From Lama guanicoe (lineage: Eukaryota), in assembly GCA_013239625.1 (NCBI GenBank), contig MU053881.1:7153957-7217956 (forward strand): 64,000 nt of DNA. Reading direction: 5' to 3'. Below, piece by piece: positions 11,922-24,585 of this stretch. Position numbers and translations under genes: made by a program. The notes under the pieces are model-generated. The model was not told where the DNA came from, did no database searches, and saw only the letters and a program-made list of their open reading frames with translations. Each line of letters opens with the position of its first letter. Within the stretch, counting starts at the first letter, position 1.

Positions 11922-13578
11922 TTGGAAAATCCACCATTGTCAGAACTGCAGGCTGCCCCAAATGCACAGATACAGATACGGAATGCTTGTTATTTCCAAA
12001 GGCTTGATTTGAATTTGAAGGGGAAAAAAAAAAGCAAACAACGAACCTCAGAGCTCAAGTTGCCTGGAATTACCTTGAAAAGGCTGCATTGTCTTTTAAG
12101 CCTTGTTTAGAGAAACTTCCATGCTTCATTTGAAAGGAAAATAAAAGGGGAAGGGGTCCCCGTACCCGTCTAAAAGAGTGACTGTTTTATGAAAGAAATT
12201 ATTATCTTTTTATAAGGACTTGCTCAGGGTATACAGCTCACCGATCAATCAAAATTACTTTTACCAGCTTGTCCGTTTCTTCGTTCTAACTACCACATAG
12301 AAAAACCCAGCCGAGTGCCTTCCAGTACGATCTGTGGTGCGATGTGACTGAAGTTTGGACAAGTTACCTGCATTTGGCTGTTAATGAGAAATGACAGTGC
12401 TTTACTTCCGACTGGAAGCATCCCCTTTTTTTCCTGCTAAGGTGTCTAGCCCACTTCAATGTCAGATCTGTCAGAAATCACACCAATGTGATGGATTGAT
12501 TTCTGAAATGGAGACACCGGCAGCAGGTTCGAATTCAGAAAAGCCTCCTCTTTGTTATTTAAATTAAAAACCAGAAGAAAAAAAAACACTCTTGGTCACG
12601 CAGTGGTAGAATGATGGAATCACGTTATGTTCCTCTGACGTTCATCCCTTTTTCAGTTGTGTCCTCAGCGCGGCAACCCACCTCTGTCCTTCCAGCCCCC
12701 TTCCCTTTTTTCACAAGTTTGAGACCTTCTACATCCACCATGTTTTAAGTGTTTTGAAAGAGATACAGGGACTGGGGGTGGGGGTGATGATCAGGCTGCA
12801 TCTGCCGTAGCAACTCAGAATACTCCCAGTGTTGACATGGCTCAAACTTTAGTGTCAGAGCCCAAACTCCCAGCCCTGTCAGCAGCATGGAAAAGCCTGA
12901 CCACTGCATGGGGGACAGGGGGTGGAGGGATCCCCTGCAGTCCAGGCTAGTGAGAATGCCCCTCATTTCATCCCTGGTGGAGATTTTGTGGTCAACATAT
13001 ATTTACTACCAAGGCATGAGGCAGCCACTCATCCGTACCCAAGCAGCATGCCAGGTGCCTGGATAGGAAATTGCTTCTTGAAACAGAATACCAGGGGGAC
13101 CTGCAGATTAAATTCCAGAGAGAAATTGTATCTGAGACGCTGGCACAAACCAGGCAGAGTCACCTCTGCTCCATTCGGGATGGTTTAAAATGTAGCTAAT
13201 GAATCACAGCATGAAGAGACACGGTTTGAAACTAGGTCAAACGTGTAAAAATAAATGCAATCATCGCAGGCACTTGGCTGATGAGGGGCTACTTAACGCC
13301 TTGAGTGGCAGAGCTTATGTGCCGTATAGAACGCTCTTCAATGATGCGCGACAATCAATCCTCTTAATTAATTCAGCCTATCAGTGTGTAGGGAGGTCTT
13401 GTACACCTGGGAGAGAGCTGAAGCTCCGAAGGAAAACACTCAGGGTCTCTTCACCGTGTGACGGCAAGAGAGAAAAAGAGAAACCCAATATTGTATCATT
13501 AGCATTAATTAGCTGGGGTACTAGGTGATCGCTATCAGGAGAACAGCCCTCTCCAAATTAACCCACCCCTTTGCATGA

Positions 13579-13581
<3 letters not shown>

Positions 13582-13610
<29 letters not shown>
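13582..13610. repeat. (ATC)n microsatellite
   Basis: Directly visible, about 9 units. Confidence 0.95.
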
Positions 13611-13685
13611 GTTATTGACAAGGCCAACAGTTTTGGTGCACAACACACAAACCTATCTATTTAACCACCTCTAAAGCAAACACAC

Positions 13686-13687
<2 letters not shown>

Positions 13688-13719
<32 letters not shown>
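13688..13719. repeat. (CA)n microsatellite
   Basis: Directly visible. Confidence 0.95.
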
Positions 13720-13723
<4 letters not shown>

Positions 13724-13941
13724 GGACCCCTGCAGTGTTGAGTGAACGTGGAAGAGGCTCTCAGTTTGCCTTGTCTTGAAGAACTAACGAAACAGGGGAG
13801 AGGGGCATGGTCGCTGCAGATGCGACCCCCGCTCACCTGAGATTGGTGGGAGTGATGAGACCGCAGAGGGAGGGAAAGAGCCAACTTCGGGAGCTTGCTA
13901 CCTAAATGCCAGCATTACTATGCGATGCCAGCTGGTGACAC

Positions 13942-13955
13942 GTTGCCATAGTAAC
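13942..13955. promoter_or_regulatory. RFX X-box
   Basis: GTTGCCATAGTAAC fits GTNRCC-N-RGYAAC, with an adjacent E-box CAGCTG at 13929-13934. Confidence 0.5.
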
Positions 13956-16159
13956 TTCAAATAATGTGCTCGACCAAAATAAAATAAAATACAGAGAGCG
14001 CCAAGGAGAGGAGATGAAGGAGGAAAGTTTGCATGCCGAGGGAGGCTCACAGGGAGATGAAAAGTTTTATGGATGGGGCCATCCGTTTCCTTTGGAGAGA
14101 CTAAGAGTAGCCACATGCCACTCTCAGGTCGCTTCTCCATTCACTCCCATGCCTGCCACGTGGTTATATAACAGGTTTTATTCTTGTATGGAATTGGCGC
14201 TGTCTGTGTGGTGGATCCAGGGCTGGAGGTGGGAAGCTATGGTGTCAGGAAAAGCAGGGACCCTAAAATCCCTTCATCTTAGAGCTCGGTCAGGAAGCTC
14301 AGAGTTGTAGTTTTGCAGCGATCTTCGGGGAAACTAGTGTGGGTGATCTGTCTTAGCAACCACCAAGGTCTGGGCACTGCGCTGAGTGCCCGGGTGCAGC
14401 AGCGAGCCGGAGGGGTAAGGCTGTGCTCCCAACAGCCTACATCTGATTCTGCCACGATGTCAAACATCCGAGTGGGGAACCTAGAAGCCAGACAGCCTGA
14501 ATTCAAATCTCAGCTCTACTGCTTACCGGTGGTGTGACCTTGGGCAGAGTCTTGTGTCAGTGTAAAAGGGGATAGACATATGCCTTACTTCATACAGTTT
14601 GGGTGAAAATTTAATCAGTTGTTTGGGTAAAGCACTTAGAACACAGAAAGCCCCCCAGATACTTATCCATTATTATTGTCATTGTTGCTGACTCTGGGCC
14701 AGAGAAACCATGCAGACGGGCTAACTGAAATCCTGAGCAGAGAAAATGATGACTCCACGTACCCATGATGGTCTGTGGACACACAGCGCCCCTGACACAG
14801 CTTGGGACAAATAGCCAAGGGTCCTTTGACTCTGGACATGCCTGTGGTTAACATCAGGCCCCAAGCAAAGCTCTTTAGTAAATCAAGCGTGTGCCTCTTG
14901 GAGCAGAGCACGCTGGGAGGTCTCTTTTATTTGGGGACTGTTGCTGGCAGGTAGGAAGAGTGACAGCAGGGCCCCAATTGTCCAAAAGCCTGGAGTGTAA
15001 CTGTTCTTTGTCGTAAACTCAGTCCCGCAGCTGTTTGGCTTTGGGAAGCGCCTGCCATTGTGTGCAGTGACATTCTTTGGCTGCCCAGGGATCCTGCTGT
15101 GCGACAGAGTAAACCAAGTCACCTTCCTCCAGGGAGAAGCTTCTTGATGGGCACAGATCCAGGGGTCCTGTGGAGCCTGCTCCACGTCAAAGGCACAACA
15201 TCACAGGAGAACAGGACGGTGCCGCTCAGATGTGTTCCCTGGAGGCACCCTGAGACGTCCCATCTGTACAACACAGCAGCTCTTTAGAGTCCGCTGTGTG
15301 CATCCCTACCTGGCCCTGTGGGCAATAATGATCACTCTCCAGCGTCACCAGGGCCAGAAATGCAAGCATGGTGTCTCCTCAGAGAGCTATCCTCACGGAT
15401 AAGGAGCAGGAGGGGAGGGGTAATAGGGCCTCTTTGAATCAAGGCTGGAAAAGGAGCCGGAATTGGTCACACATTCTTCCTTTGAAATGAACGTTTTCTG
15501 ATCTTGGCTGGAGCCTTTGCATGTGGCTCTGCACTGTGGGGTCACTTTAAATCTTCCAAAGGATACAATGGGATGTTTAATCCAAAGGGAGGTGGAAGGC
15601 AAGCAAATTCTGTTCATTCATTCCTTGTGCTCAGGACTCTAACTTCATCATCTCACTGAGTCATCTCAACACCCTCCTGAGGTCAGCCTCATGCCCATTT
15701 TACAGATGAGGAAAGTGAGATGCATGCAGGTCACGCAGCTTGCCTAGACAGACATTTAGTATATGGTGGGGCAGGAATAAGAATCTGGGTCTTCTGGCTT
15801 TAAAATCTATGTTCTTTTTGTAAATCCATGATGTCTCCCATGTCATCACTGTCAGTTCCACCTGGGTAGAGATTTTTGTCCCTCTATTCCCTGCTGTATC
15901 ACCAGAATCTAGACTTGAACTTGCACACAGTATGGGCTCAATAAATATTTGTTAGATAAGAGGTTGAACTTATTATCACATTCTCCACTTTCAAAAGAAT
16001 GTTACAGGGACCACGAGACTTCACAGACTCTGAAAAGTTAGGGTCATCAAAGGTAGAACCCCTTTGCCTTAGGAGAGGACAGAAATGAATTTCTATTCTA
16101 TTTCGGAGCTTACTCCATCTTAAGTCATATTGACTGAGCCAGAGTAAGATCATTCTCTC

Positions 16160-16765
16160 ACACATTCCTTAACAAATATTTCTTGAGCACCAGCAATGTT
16201 CCAGGCATGGTTCTAGGTGCTGTGGACACAGTCATGGATAAGATTAACAAGCAATTTGTTCCTAAGGAGCTCGCATCCCCACTGGGTAGAGGGCCAGGGA
16301 TGGGGAGACACATCATAAGGAAGTGAATACATAAGGAAGATCATTTTAGGCAGTGGTATCTGCTCCTAATGAAGTATTATAGAGCCATGAGATAGAGATG
16401 GCGTGGGAGGGGACCTCTGTTCAATAGGGGAGATAAGGGTGGCCTCTTAGAGAGCCGATATTTGAGTGGAGATCTGAATGATGATGGTTGGTCCTGCAAA
16501 AACTGGCAGAATAGCATCCGGGACAACTGAGTAGCAGACGTAAAGATCCTGAGGTAGGCTGTGCCTAGAGTTCTGGAGGTCCCAGACGGCCAGCACAGCT
16601 GGAAGGAACAAAATGAGGGAAGACACACACGAGAAGAGGTCAGAGACACAAGCTGGGACCAGATCCTGAAAGCCTTTGAAAGTCAGGGGCAGGAGTTTGG
16701 GTCTTCTTCTAAGTGCAAAGGGAGGATTTGGGTTTTAGGAAGCTTGCTCTGGCTGCTGTGTCTTT
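16160..16765 (-). mobile_element. L2 LINE 3' fragment
   Basis: 'aacaaatatttcttgagcacc...ccaggcatggttctaggtgctg...tttgagtggagatctgaatgatg...ggaagcttgctctggctgctgtgt'. Confidence 0.8.
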
Positions 16766-17619
16766 CAAGAACCCCTCTTTAAAGAGGTGGTTTCCGTGTC
16801 TTAGCCACATCTCCAAGACGCCACCCTGGAGTTGTTCCCGGGGTCACGGGTGTGTGAAAAGCGCAGACCATGCTCTCAGCGTTGACTCTCCCTGTCGGTG
16901 GCAGCGCCGCCACCCCTCAGCCAGCGTTTCTCACCACATGAATATTCATAGCAGGCTCTGGCCCTCCTTCGGCAGGCGTGCAGGTGGACTCTAGTTTTAC
17001 GTGGATCCCATATGCCTTCAAGTTCAGTGGTTTGCCTCCCTGTCGCCAGCGCCAAGTGAAGGGGAGGGAGCCTGCTACGGTGGCTCCCAGACTCTGATTA
17101 AAGCCAAGCCAGCCCGTGGGACTTGAGAAGGCTGCTTGCCAGGACAGGGGCTATCATTCAGGACACCGCAGTTTTTAACTAAACAGAAGATGATTTGTCT
17201 AAATGTTTCTAATTACGTCTGTGGAGGTGTGCGTGGAGAAGTTCACAAATGTGATTGCAAAAGGAGTAGTTTGAGAAATAGGGATTTATTCTCAGCACAT
17301 ACGCCAATGATGATCTTCTATGCTTTGCACCAAATGCCTCAGGAAGGGCTGTGTGCAAAAGTCTGTTTTGAGTCCTGGACAGTATGGTTTTGTCCTCGGC
17401 TCACATATTTCAGAGAAAAATCAAAGCCAGGAGCATTGCTAGCACGTGGGCTCTGGATCAGTGTCTTAAGCAGCCCCTCACCTTCTCCTGCAAATACGTG
17501 CATCCAGGTTGTATAAGACACCAATGTCAACCTTCAACGGGGAAAAGTGTCACAAAAGGATATTATGACTCAGGAAGGAGGCATTGTGGGCTAAAGGAAA
17601 ACAATAATAATTACTATTT

Positions 17620-17747
17620 TTTAAAATATTACTTTTGTTTTGCAGGGGGCAGTAATTAGGTTTATTTATTTATTTTTTTTAGAGGAGGTACTAGGGACTG
17701 AGCCAGGACCTTGCACACTTATCACTTGAGCTATATCCTCTCCCTCC
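17620..17747 (-). mobile_element. tRNA-derived SINE, camelid Vic-1-like, internally deleted, with 13-bp TSD
   Basis: Minus strand reads GAGGATATAGCTCAAGTG (A-box)...GGTCCTGGCTCAGTCCCTAGTACCTCCTCT(A)nTAAATAAATAAACCTAATTAC, then an A-rich tail. TSDs are ATAATTACTATTT (17607-17619) and ATAATTACCATTT (17748-17760). Confidence 0.8.
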
Positions 17748-19457
17748 ATAATTACCATTTAAAAGGCTAAGTGTGTGTCGGGCAGTGTGCTAAGCCCTCT
17801 GTTCATCCATTGATAAGGACATTTTATAGGGTTTTGGCAAAGGAAGGAAAGCACTGGAAGATGGAGAAGCTAATATTAGTTGGACATTTATGTATCAGAC
17901 ACTGTGAAAAAGCACACATGGTCATAATACAGCTACCAGTTACTGAGCGCTTACCGTGGGCCAAGTGCCGTGCACACTTTATCTGTTAATCCTCTCAGCG
18001 CTCAGTCAATGTTGGTAAAACCCCGTGAACTTTACAGATGAGGAAACCAAGGAGCAGAGAGGTGACGTGACCTGCCTAGCTCAGCTTCACTCCACCATGC
18101 CTCCTGCCCAACCTTGAATGTGAAGAATATTCAATATTCATTCAATTCAATAAACCTCTAGAATGGTTGAGGACAGTCTAGACATCTCTTGTGCCTATAT
18201 ACAGAGGGGGAAGGAGGGATGGAGAGATGGAGATACGGATGGATGGATGGATGGGTGGCTGGAGCTAGGTTGGCAGATTACATAAGCAGATAGAATAACT
18301 GGTAAGGGTTGCCACACAGCTACATAGACAAGACCAGCCCTCTTAGTGACTACGCCCTATGGCTTATGAGTCTCCATGATTTTAGGCTCGGCTGAGGATA
18401 ACCCCTTCATTTTCTGCATTGTCTGGGGTTTTGAAGGCCAAGAAGAGTTCAGTGAGGGACACCAACACCACATATTAGGAAATATATCTCGTTTCCCACA
18501 GAAGCAGCTTTCCTGGAAGGCACTGGACAGGGCACTCTAAGTACTGGGATAAAATCCCAGCTCTCTTCGACATGCTCTGGATCTCTGGACAAGTTGCTTT
18601 AGGTCTCAGAGCCTTGGTTCTCTGGTCTCTGAAATGGGGATAACAGTGCTGCCAGGGTGCAGAGGGTCCCGGGAGAGCCCGGCAACACCAGAGGCACTCA
18701 AAAAGCCTCTGGCCACGCTCAGCCTCAGCCCCCTTTCTGGTTCACAGGGAGCAGTTTGTTGATCAGCTGGCGAAGTGTGGAGTTAGCTTTCGGTGCCTCG
18801 TGGAGGATGACTTACACCTCCCTGTGGCCCTGGAGAGCTGCACTGCGGGTGATGATCTACACCAGCTCTCGCTGTCCTTTGTTTCCATTCACAGAGCATC
18901 CGCGTTTCAGGCAGGGGAGGGGCAGGCAGACAAATCTGCTCACAGACAAACCAGGCAGCCAGGCAAGAGAGTTTTCAGGATGGACGATTACTTTGTGGAT
19001 AAAAGGATGTCTTTAGTTTGCCCCTCCTGTTTCCTCCACGAGGAATGAAGATGAGAGAAGAGTGAAGAAGGTCTCGTACATCGTGTTCTAAGCCCAGCTT
19101 TCCAACCAGACCTTTCCTGGCACTTTCCTCTACCTCCCCCAGAGAGGTCTAGCTTGTCCCCGCAGCAAGCGGTCAGCCGGTCCCGGCACACTCAGGTGCA
19201 GCTTATCCAGTGTGTGTGCAGGTGGCCTCTCCGCAAGCTCTCTGCATCACTCAACCCAGCAGCGCTTCACCGAAGCAAAGGCACACTGACCGTGTAACTT
19301 GTAATCCACACTAGGATTTCCCCCTTCCCAGATGATTCCTCACTCCCGGTAAATCAGTCAATTAGCCAATTATTCACTCAGTACCTATTATGTGTAAGGA
19401 GCTGTATCAGGTATGATCATGGTCCATACCCTCAAAGTCTCAGACTAATAGGGAAGA

Positions 19458-19606
19458 TTTCTTCTTTTCCTTCCTCCCTCCCTCCTTTCCTTCCTTCCTT
19501 CCTTCCTTCCTTCCTTCCTTCCTGCCTGCCTGCCTTCCTTCCTTCCTTCCTTCCTTCCTTCCTTCCTTCCTTCTTTCCTTCCTTCTCCCCTCCCTCCCTT
19601 CCTCTC
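19458..19606. repeat. (TTCC)n compound polypyrimidine tract
   Basis: About 150 nt of nearly pure pyrimidine, interrupted by (CCTG)3. Confidence 0.95.
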
Positions 19607-19609
19607 TAA

Positions 19610-19832
19610 TACAGCAGTTCTAACTAGGAGGCAACTTTTTCCCCCAGAGGGAATTTAATGATGTCTGGAAACGTTTTTGTCCATCGCAACAGAGGGAGGG
19701 GGGAGGTTGCTACTGACACCTATTGGGTAAAGGTTAGGGAAGCTGCTAAGCAGCCTAGGATTCACAGGTCAGCCCTAATAACAAAGAGCAATCCAGCCCC
19801 AAATGTCACTAGTGCTGAAGTGAGAAATTCTG
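19610..19832 (+). mobile_element. MER20 (hAT-Charlie)
   Basis: 'cagcagttctaact...tttttcccccagaggg...atgtctggaaacgttttt...tgctactgacacctattgggtaaaggttaggga...ccagccccaaatgtcactagtgctgaagtgagaaattctg'. Confidence 0.85.
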
Positions 19833-22414
19833 CTCTGTGGAGAGATACATATTATAATGCTGAATGACAAGTGCAAAATGAATGGGTAAAGTTTTCCCTA
19901 GGCTCTTAAGAAGTGAAAATGACCTTTGTAGTTAGCAATGTGCAGGGAAAAATTCACAGAGCATGTGGGACTCGAGGAGCTACAAGAGAGAAAGAGATTA
20001 AGCTAAGAGTGGGAAAGGACACCTGTAATAGAAAAAATACTTCATTTTATAATTTGATTACTTTGATTGATTGGTAGTAACTGCCTAAAGAGCTGTGTGA
20101 GGAGTGATTCTAATGCCAGGCCCTAACTCAGCAGGAAAGAGTGTGGCGATCGATTAGTGATGTCTGCTGTAGACAAGGGAGGGGGAGGGATAGTACATGT
20201 GCTGAGAAATTGCTGTCCCACTTTTATACGTGGTACACGGCGAGGAAAGAGGCAGAGGTGAAAATGAGCAAAGTGTTTTGGTACAGCAGAGGTTCACAGA
20301 GGGAGATCACAAGAGATATTTGGGGGGGGCAGACTGGAAGGACCTTGAATGCCAGGCTGAGGGCTTTGAATCTCAATCTGCCAGTAATGGGAAGCCATGC
20401 AGGCACCTGCCCACTGGGTTGCCTTCAGGCCAACTCTGCTGACAAGGTCTTGAGGACCAAAGAGAGATACCCAAAGTCCTTGTTCTTCGTTTCTATAAAG
20501 GGAGTACTATTTCATCTGTTAACAGTTCAAACTAGCAGAATCATCACGCTCTGGCTTTTATGAAGCTGATCCCCATGATGAAAAAATATCCTATGAAGCT
20601 GAACTCAGAGATAACTGTTTGAAAAGCTGACTCCAAGGGGTCACATTAATGAGCTCCTGTGAGCTCTTCTGGATAGAGCATTTCTTCTAATGTCATTCAT
20701 GCAAAAACAAAAAGTCTCCAAGGAGGCGGAGACAGAAGGGAGTGGAAGTCCACTCCTGGGGCGTCTGTTCCAGCTGACGCCCTGGCGAGGACGCTGCATC
20801 ACCCGCTGAGCCGCTGCTTCCTGTCAGCTCCCCGCTCCCCGGCTGGCTGGCTCCTGCCTGGGCAGTTTCCTCCCTGTCCCGGGAATGATACCTCATTGAT
20901 TTATTGGGTTGCAATTTTCCAAATGACATCATACTCCTTTTTTCCCCCTCATCCTTTCCCTCTGCTCACCTCCCTCCTCTTAAATTCCCATTTGTCCCAC
21001 TTCCACTTCCCTGTCCTTTGGAATGGTAACAACAACTTCCAATTACCATCCTCCGCAGTCCGCATTAGCTGCCTGCTGACTCCCTCTCCCCATCATCATT
21101 AATAAAAGGTGACACTGCAGCTTGGCATGAATGCAGGTCCTCCCCCACCTGCCCCACCCTCCCGTCTCTGGGAGCAGAAGGCTTCCTGGCCACACAGTCC
21201 CGGCCTTTGATGCTTTCCTCCGGCACTCCGCTCCTATCCCTGTGTTCTGATCCACACTCAGTTAAAGAAAAATCAAGTGATACAATGAAAAATGCCACCC
21301 AGAGAGCTGGCCTGGTGACACCCAGATATCATATCAACCTACCACACAGCCCCGTATTTGCTAATTTCGTCTAGAAAAGAAAACAGATGTCACAGTCATC
21401 TGGACTGATTTGCTCTTTAAAACCCCTGCTGACTCTTTCAACCCTGGCAGACCTGGAGAAATCCTAACACAAGTCTAATCGAAATTAAAGCTTAGAATTA
21501 GAGTTGATGGGGAGAGTGACCCCTGGGAGTCCTTGCAGGCCAGCCTCCTTGCAGCACAAATGGGGAAGCTGTGGACCAGAGAGGGCGAGGTGGTTCCCCA
21601 TGGTCACACAGCCTCTGGAAGTGGCGGGGCTGGTACTAGACCCCAGCCATTCTGACCACAGTGCTGAAGAAACTGTATCATTATCTACCAGCTCCAAACA
21701 CTGGCCCCTGAGCCTCCAAATTCCTCACGAACAAAACAATTGCTCTTTCCCACTTCCTGTCTCAGCCAGGGTGTTGTCCTGATACCCAGAATAAATGGAC
21801 CTCAACTGAGGCTAGTGTTTGAGATGCACATTCTTCTTTAACTTCCTCACCACATAGGTTTCAAGACTGGGGGAAGAACAAGCCATTGAGCACTAATTCC
21901 ATCTTTCAGAAAAACTGAATGGGTGTCTCTGTCACCACGATTCATCCCTGCTTTAATCTATCACATTCTGTGCCCAGCATCCAAATATAGCTAAGAACAT
22001 GAGATTAAAAACCAAACAGTTGATCACTGAAGTCACTCTGTGTAATGAAAATCCATCTGAATGTGTGTTTAAGGGGCCTCAGCGCAGGAACAGGGTGGGA
22101 CGTGGGGGCTTTGCTTACATCCCTTTGCCTGGACATCCTCAAACCAGCAGCCCGCAGGCCTCACGCAGCTCCCAGAAAATGATTTGTTTGGCCAAAACAG
22201 TGTTTTTAAAACAATTGACTCTTCTGTCGACATTTTAAAACTATAAGCTATTGCGTGAATTTTGGATTTTCGGCTTCTCTTGGATGTCTGGCAGGTTCAG
22301 AGATACCATTCTGCATTCTCATATGGCTGCACTGGTTGCTGCCCCCTGAAACTGGGAGGGGCTGGGGCAGGAGGTGAGCAAACGCGTTGCAGATAGCCAG
22401 AGCCTGGCCTCCTT

Positions 22415-22530
22415 CAGTAACAACCATCTCATCCTAGTCTGCCCAGGACTTTCCAAGTTTTAGCACGGAAAATCCTATGTCCCAGGGAACCCCTCGATCC
22501 CTGGCAAACGGGGACAGTTGGTCACCCAAC
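22415..22530 (-). mobile_element. MER94-like hAT-Blackjack MITE
   Basis: 'tgcccaggacttt...ttttagcacggaaaatcc...gtcccagggaacccctc...ggcaaacggggacagttggtcaccc'. Confidence 0.7.
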
Positions 22531-23599
22531 CTAGTTCCTCTTTTACGTACCTGCCTGGTTCCGGTGGGCACTTCCCACTGCTTCCTTCATGCTCACATGC
22601 CTCCACAGAATAACACTCAAGGCTGCCCACAATCTAAGTCCTATTTCTCTCCCTGCCTCCTCTTCCCACCTACATGCCATCTTCTCTAAACTTCTCTTCA
22701 CTCCCAGGACATTTGCACAAGCCAAGGATGCCTTCTTTTATACACCATGAAGTCTAATTCATTTTTAAAACCTCATGCAAGTGCCACCCACTCCTCCAGG
22801 AAGCCTTCTCTGATTCCACCTGAGGCTCTTCTGTCCAGACACAGTTAGACGCTCCCTCCCTCTACTCCAATAACATGCAAATCTTTCTCCTTTCATTGTC
22901 CTCATCACCATTAATACAGCATCAAGTGGATAAGCTCTGGAGGTGGCCGTCCTAAGGATTCAGAGGGAATCAGAATTGTGATAAAATTGAAATATGTGAA
23001 AACTGTGAAACTTAGTTTGAAGTCTCAGTGTCTCTGTTGTTGTGAGTTTTGCACAAGTCACCAAAATGAAAACTGAAAACCATCCCATAAGTATCTGTAC
23101 CTACCCCATGGTGACATTTAGCTTTCTAAAGTCTAGGAACAGCTGGGTCTCCTCAACACTGACATCTAACTCTCCTTCTGCCTGTAACAGAATCATAGTC
23201 ATATGCCCAGGTGTCTGTGTTCTCCAGTAGGCTTGGAGACACTCAAGGGCAGGGACCTTCTCCCATAGCCTGTGTCCTCCATGCCTGACACTTGGAAAGT
23301 GCTCAGTTAAAGTCTTTCCAAATGAGTGAGTGTGTGAGTGAGTGAACTCCTATCGAGGAGGCCAGGAAGACTGTCCCACTTGCTGTGATTTTAAAGAAAA
23401 AAAGGTCTTCTTAGCTACGCCAGTGGTCACAGGGTCTCTGTTGCATTAGCTCATTGCCCTGAGCCATACACCGTCTAGAACAACCAGTCTAGGATGGGGG
23501 TCAAGATGTCATTCTTTTGGTCATTTCTCATAAGATTACAAAGTGCTGACAGCTTTAGGGTCTTTTTTGATAAGTAAAGAGAATTCTAGCAGTCCAGCT

Positions 23600-24585
23600 T
23601 CATACTGAACATCTCTCCTGGGACACCCTGCAGGCAGCTCGTAATAAACATGTCAACACCATCCCTTCCCTCCCAGAAGCCCCTTCCTCCTCCCCGTGTG
23701 CTCCTTCTCAGAATCACCCACTAACTCAAGACAGCAATCCAGCCCTGGTCCTTCATTCTGATCTGCCCCTCCCCCGTTCCATAAATCACCCAAGCCCTGG
23801 AGATGCAGGAATTTGTCTTGAATGTGTTCGTCTCTCTGTCCCCAGTCTCACTGCCCCGATTAAAGCTGCCATCATTGTCGCCTGGATTATTGCAGCAGCC
23901 TTCCAAGTGGTCCCCTGCCTCCAAATCTGTCCCCTCTAATCTCTGTGTTACAGTCAGAAGTGTGATCTCACTGCAACGGAAATGAGACCAACTCTCGCTC
24001 TTGCTTAAAATCTTCAATAGATCCTACTGGCTGTTAGGATAAAAACTTCAAACCTCAAATTAGCCCAGGGTGCAGTTCCCTGTGTGACTGGCCCTTTTCA
24101 ACTTCATTTCTTCCCCTCTTCCTACCCACCCTTTTGAACTCTACCATCAGGCCACACAGAATTTGCCCTGATTCCCCTCCAGCTCACCTGTCCAGATCAT
24201 ATTTGATCACCTTTGACAGCCTGTCCACGTGCTGTTTCCAGCCTCAGCGGGCACGCGCGCGCACACACACACACCCCCCTCTAAACAATCTGCCTCATCA
24301 CCTCTTCAGGTCTCGTATTTGAAAGCTCCTCCTCCAGAAAGGCTGTTGAGATTCTCTCCACCCTCAGCTGGGTTGGAGGTCCTTCTCTGGGCTCTCAAGC
24401 CCCTGGAATCATCACTCTGATGGCCTTGATCAGAGTTTTGGGGAGCCCTCTCCTTATCTGTCTATCTCTGCCACAGGGCTGTGAAGGCAGAGACTGGGTT
24501 AGGGTCCTAATTTCTTCTTATGTCTTCATCTGCAATATATGCCTGGTGCATACAGGTACCCATCAAATATCTGCTCAATGAACAG
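23600..24585 (+). mobile_element. L2 LINE 3' fragment(s)
   Basis: 'tcgcctggattattgcagcagccttcc...ctctgtgttacagtcagaagtgtgatc...cttgcttaaaatcttcaat...', ending 'gcctggtgcatacagg...aaatatctgctcaatgaa'. Confidence 0.7.

Noticed and set aside
12526..12536. Pol III B-box-like GGTTCGAATTC (possible tRNA)
   Set aside because: No A-box or cloverleaf around it; an isolated motif.
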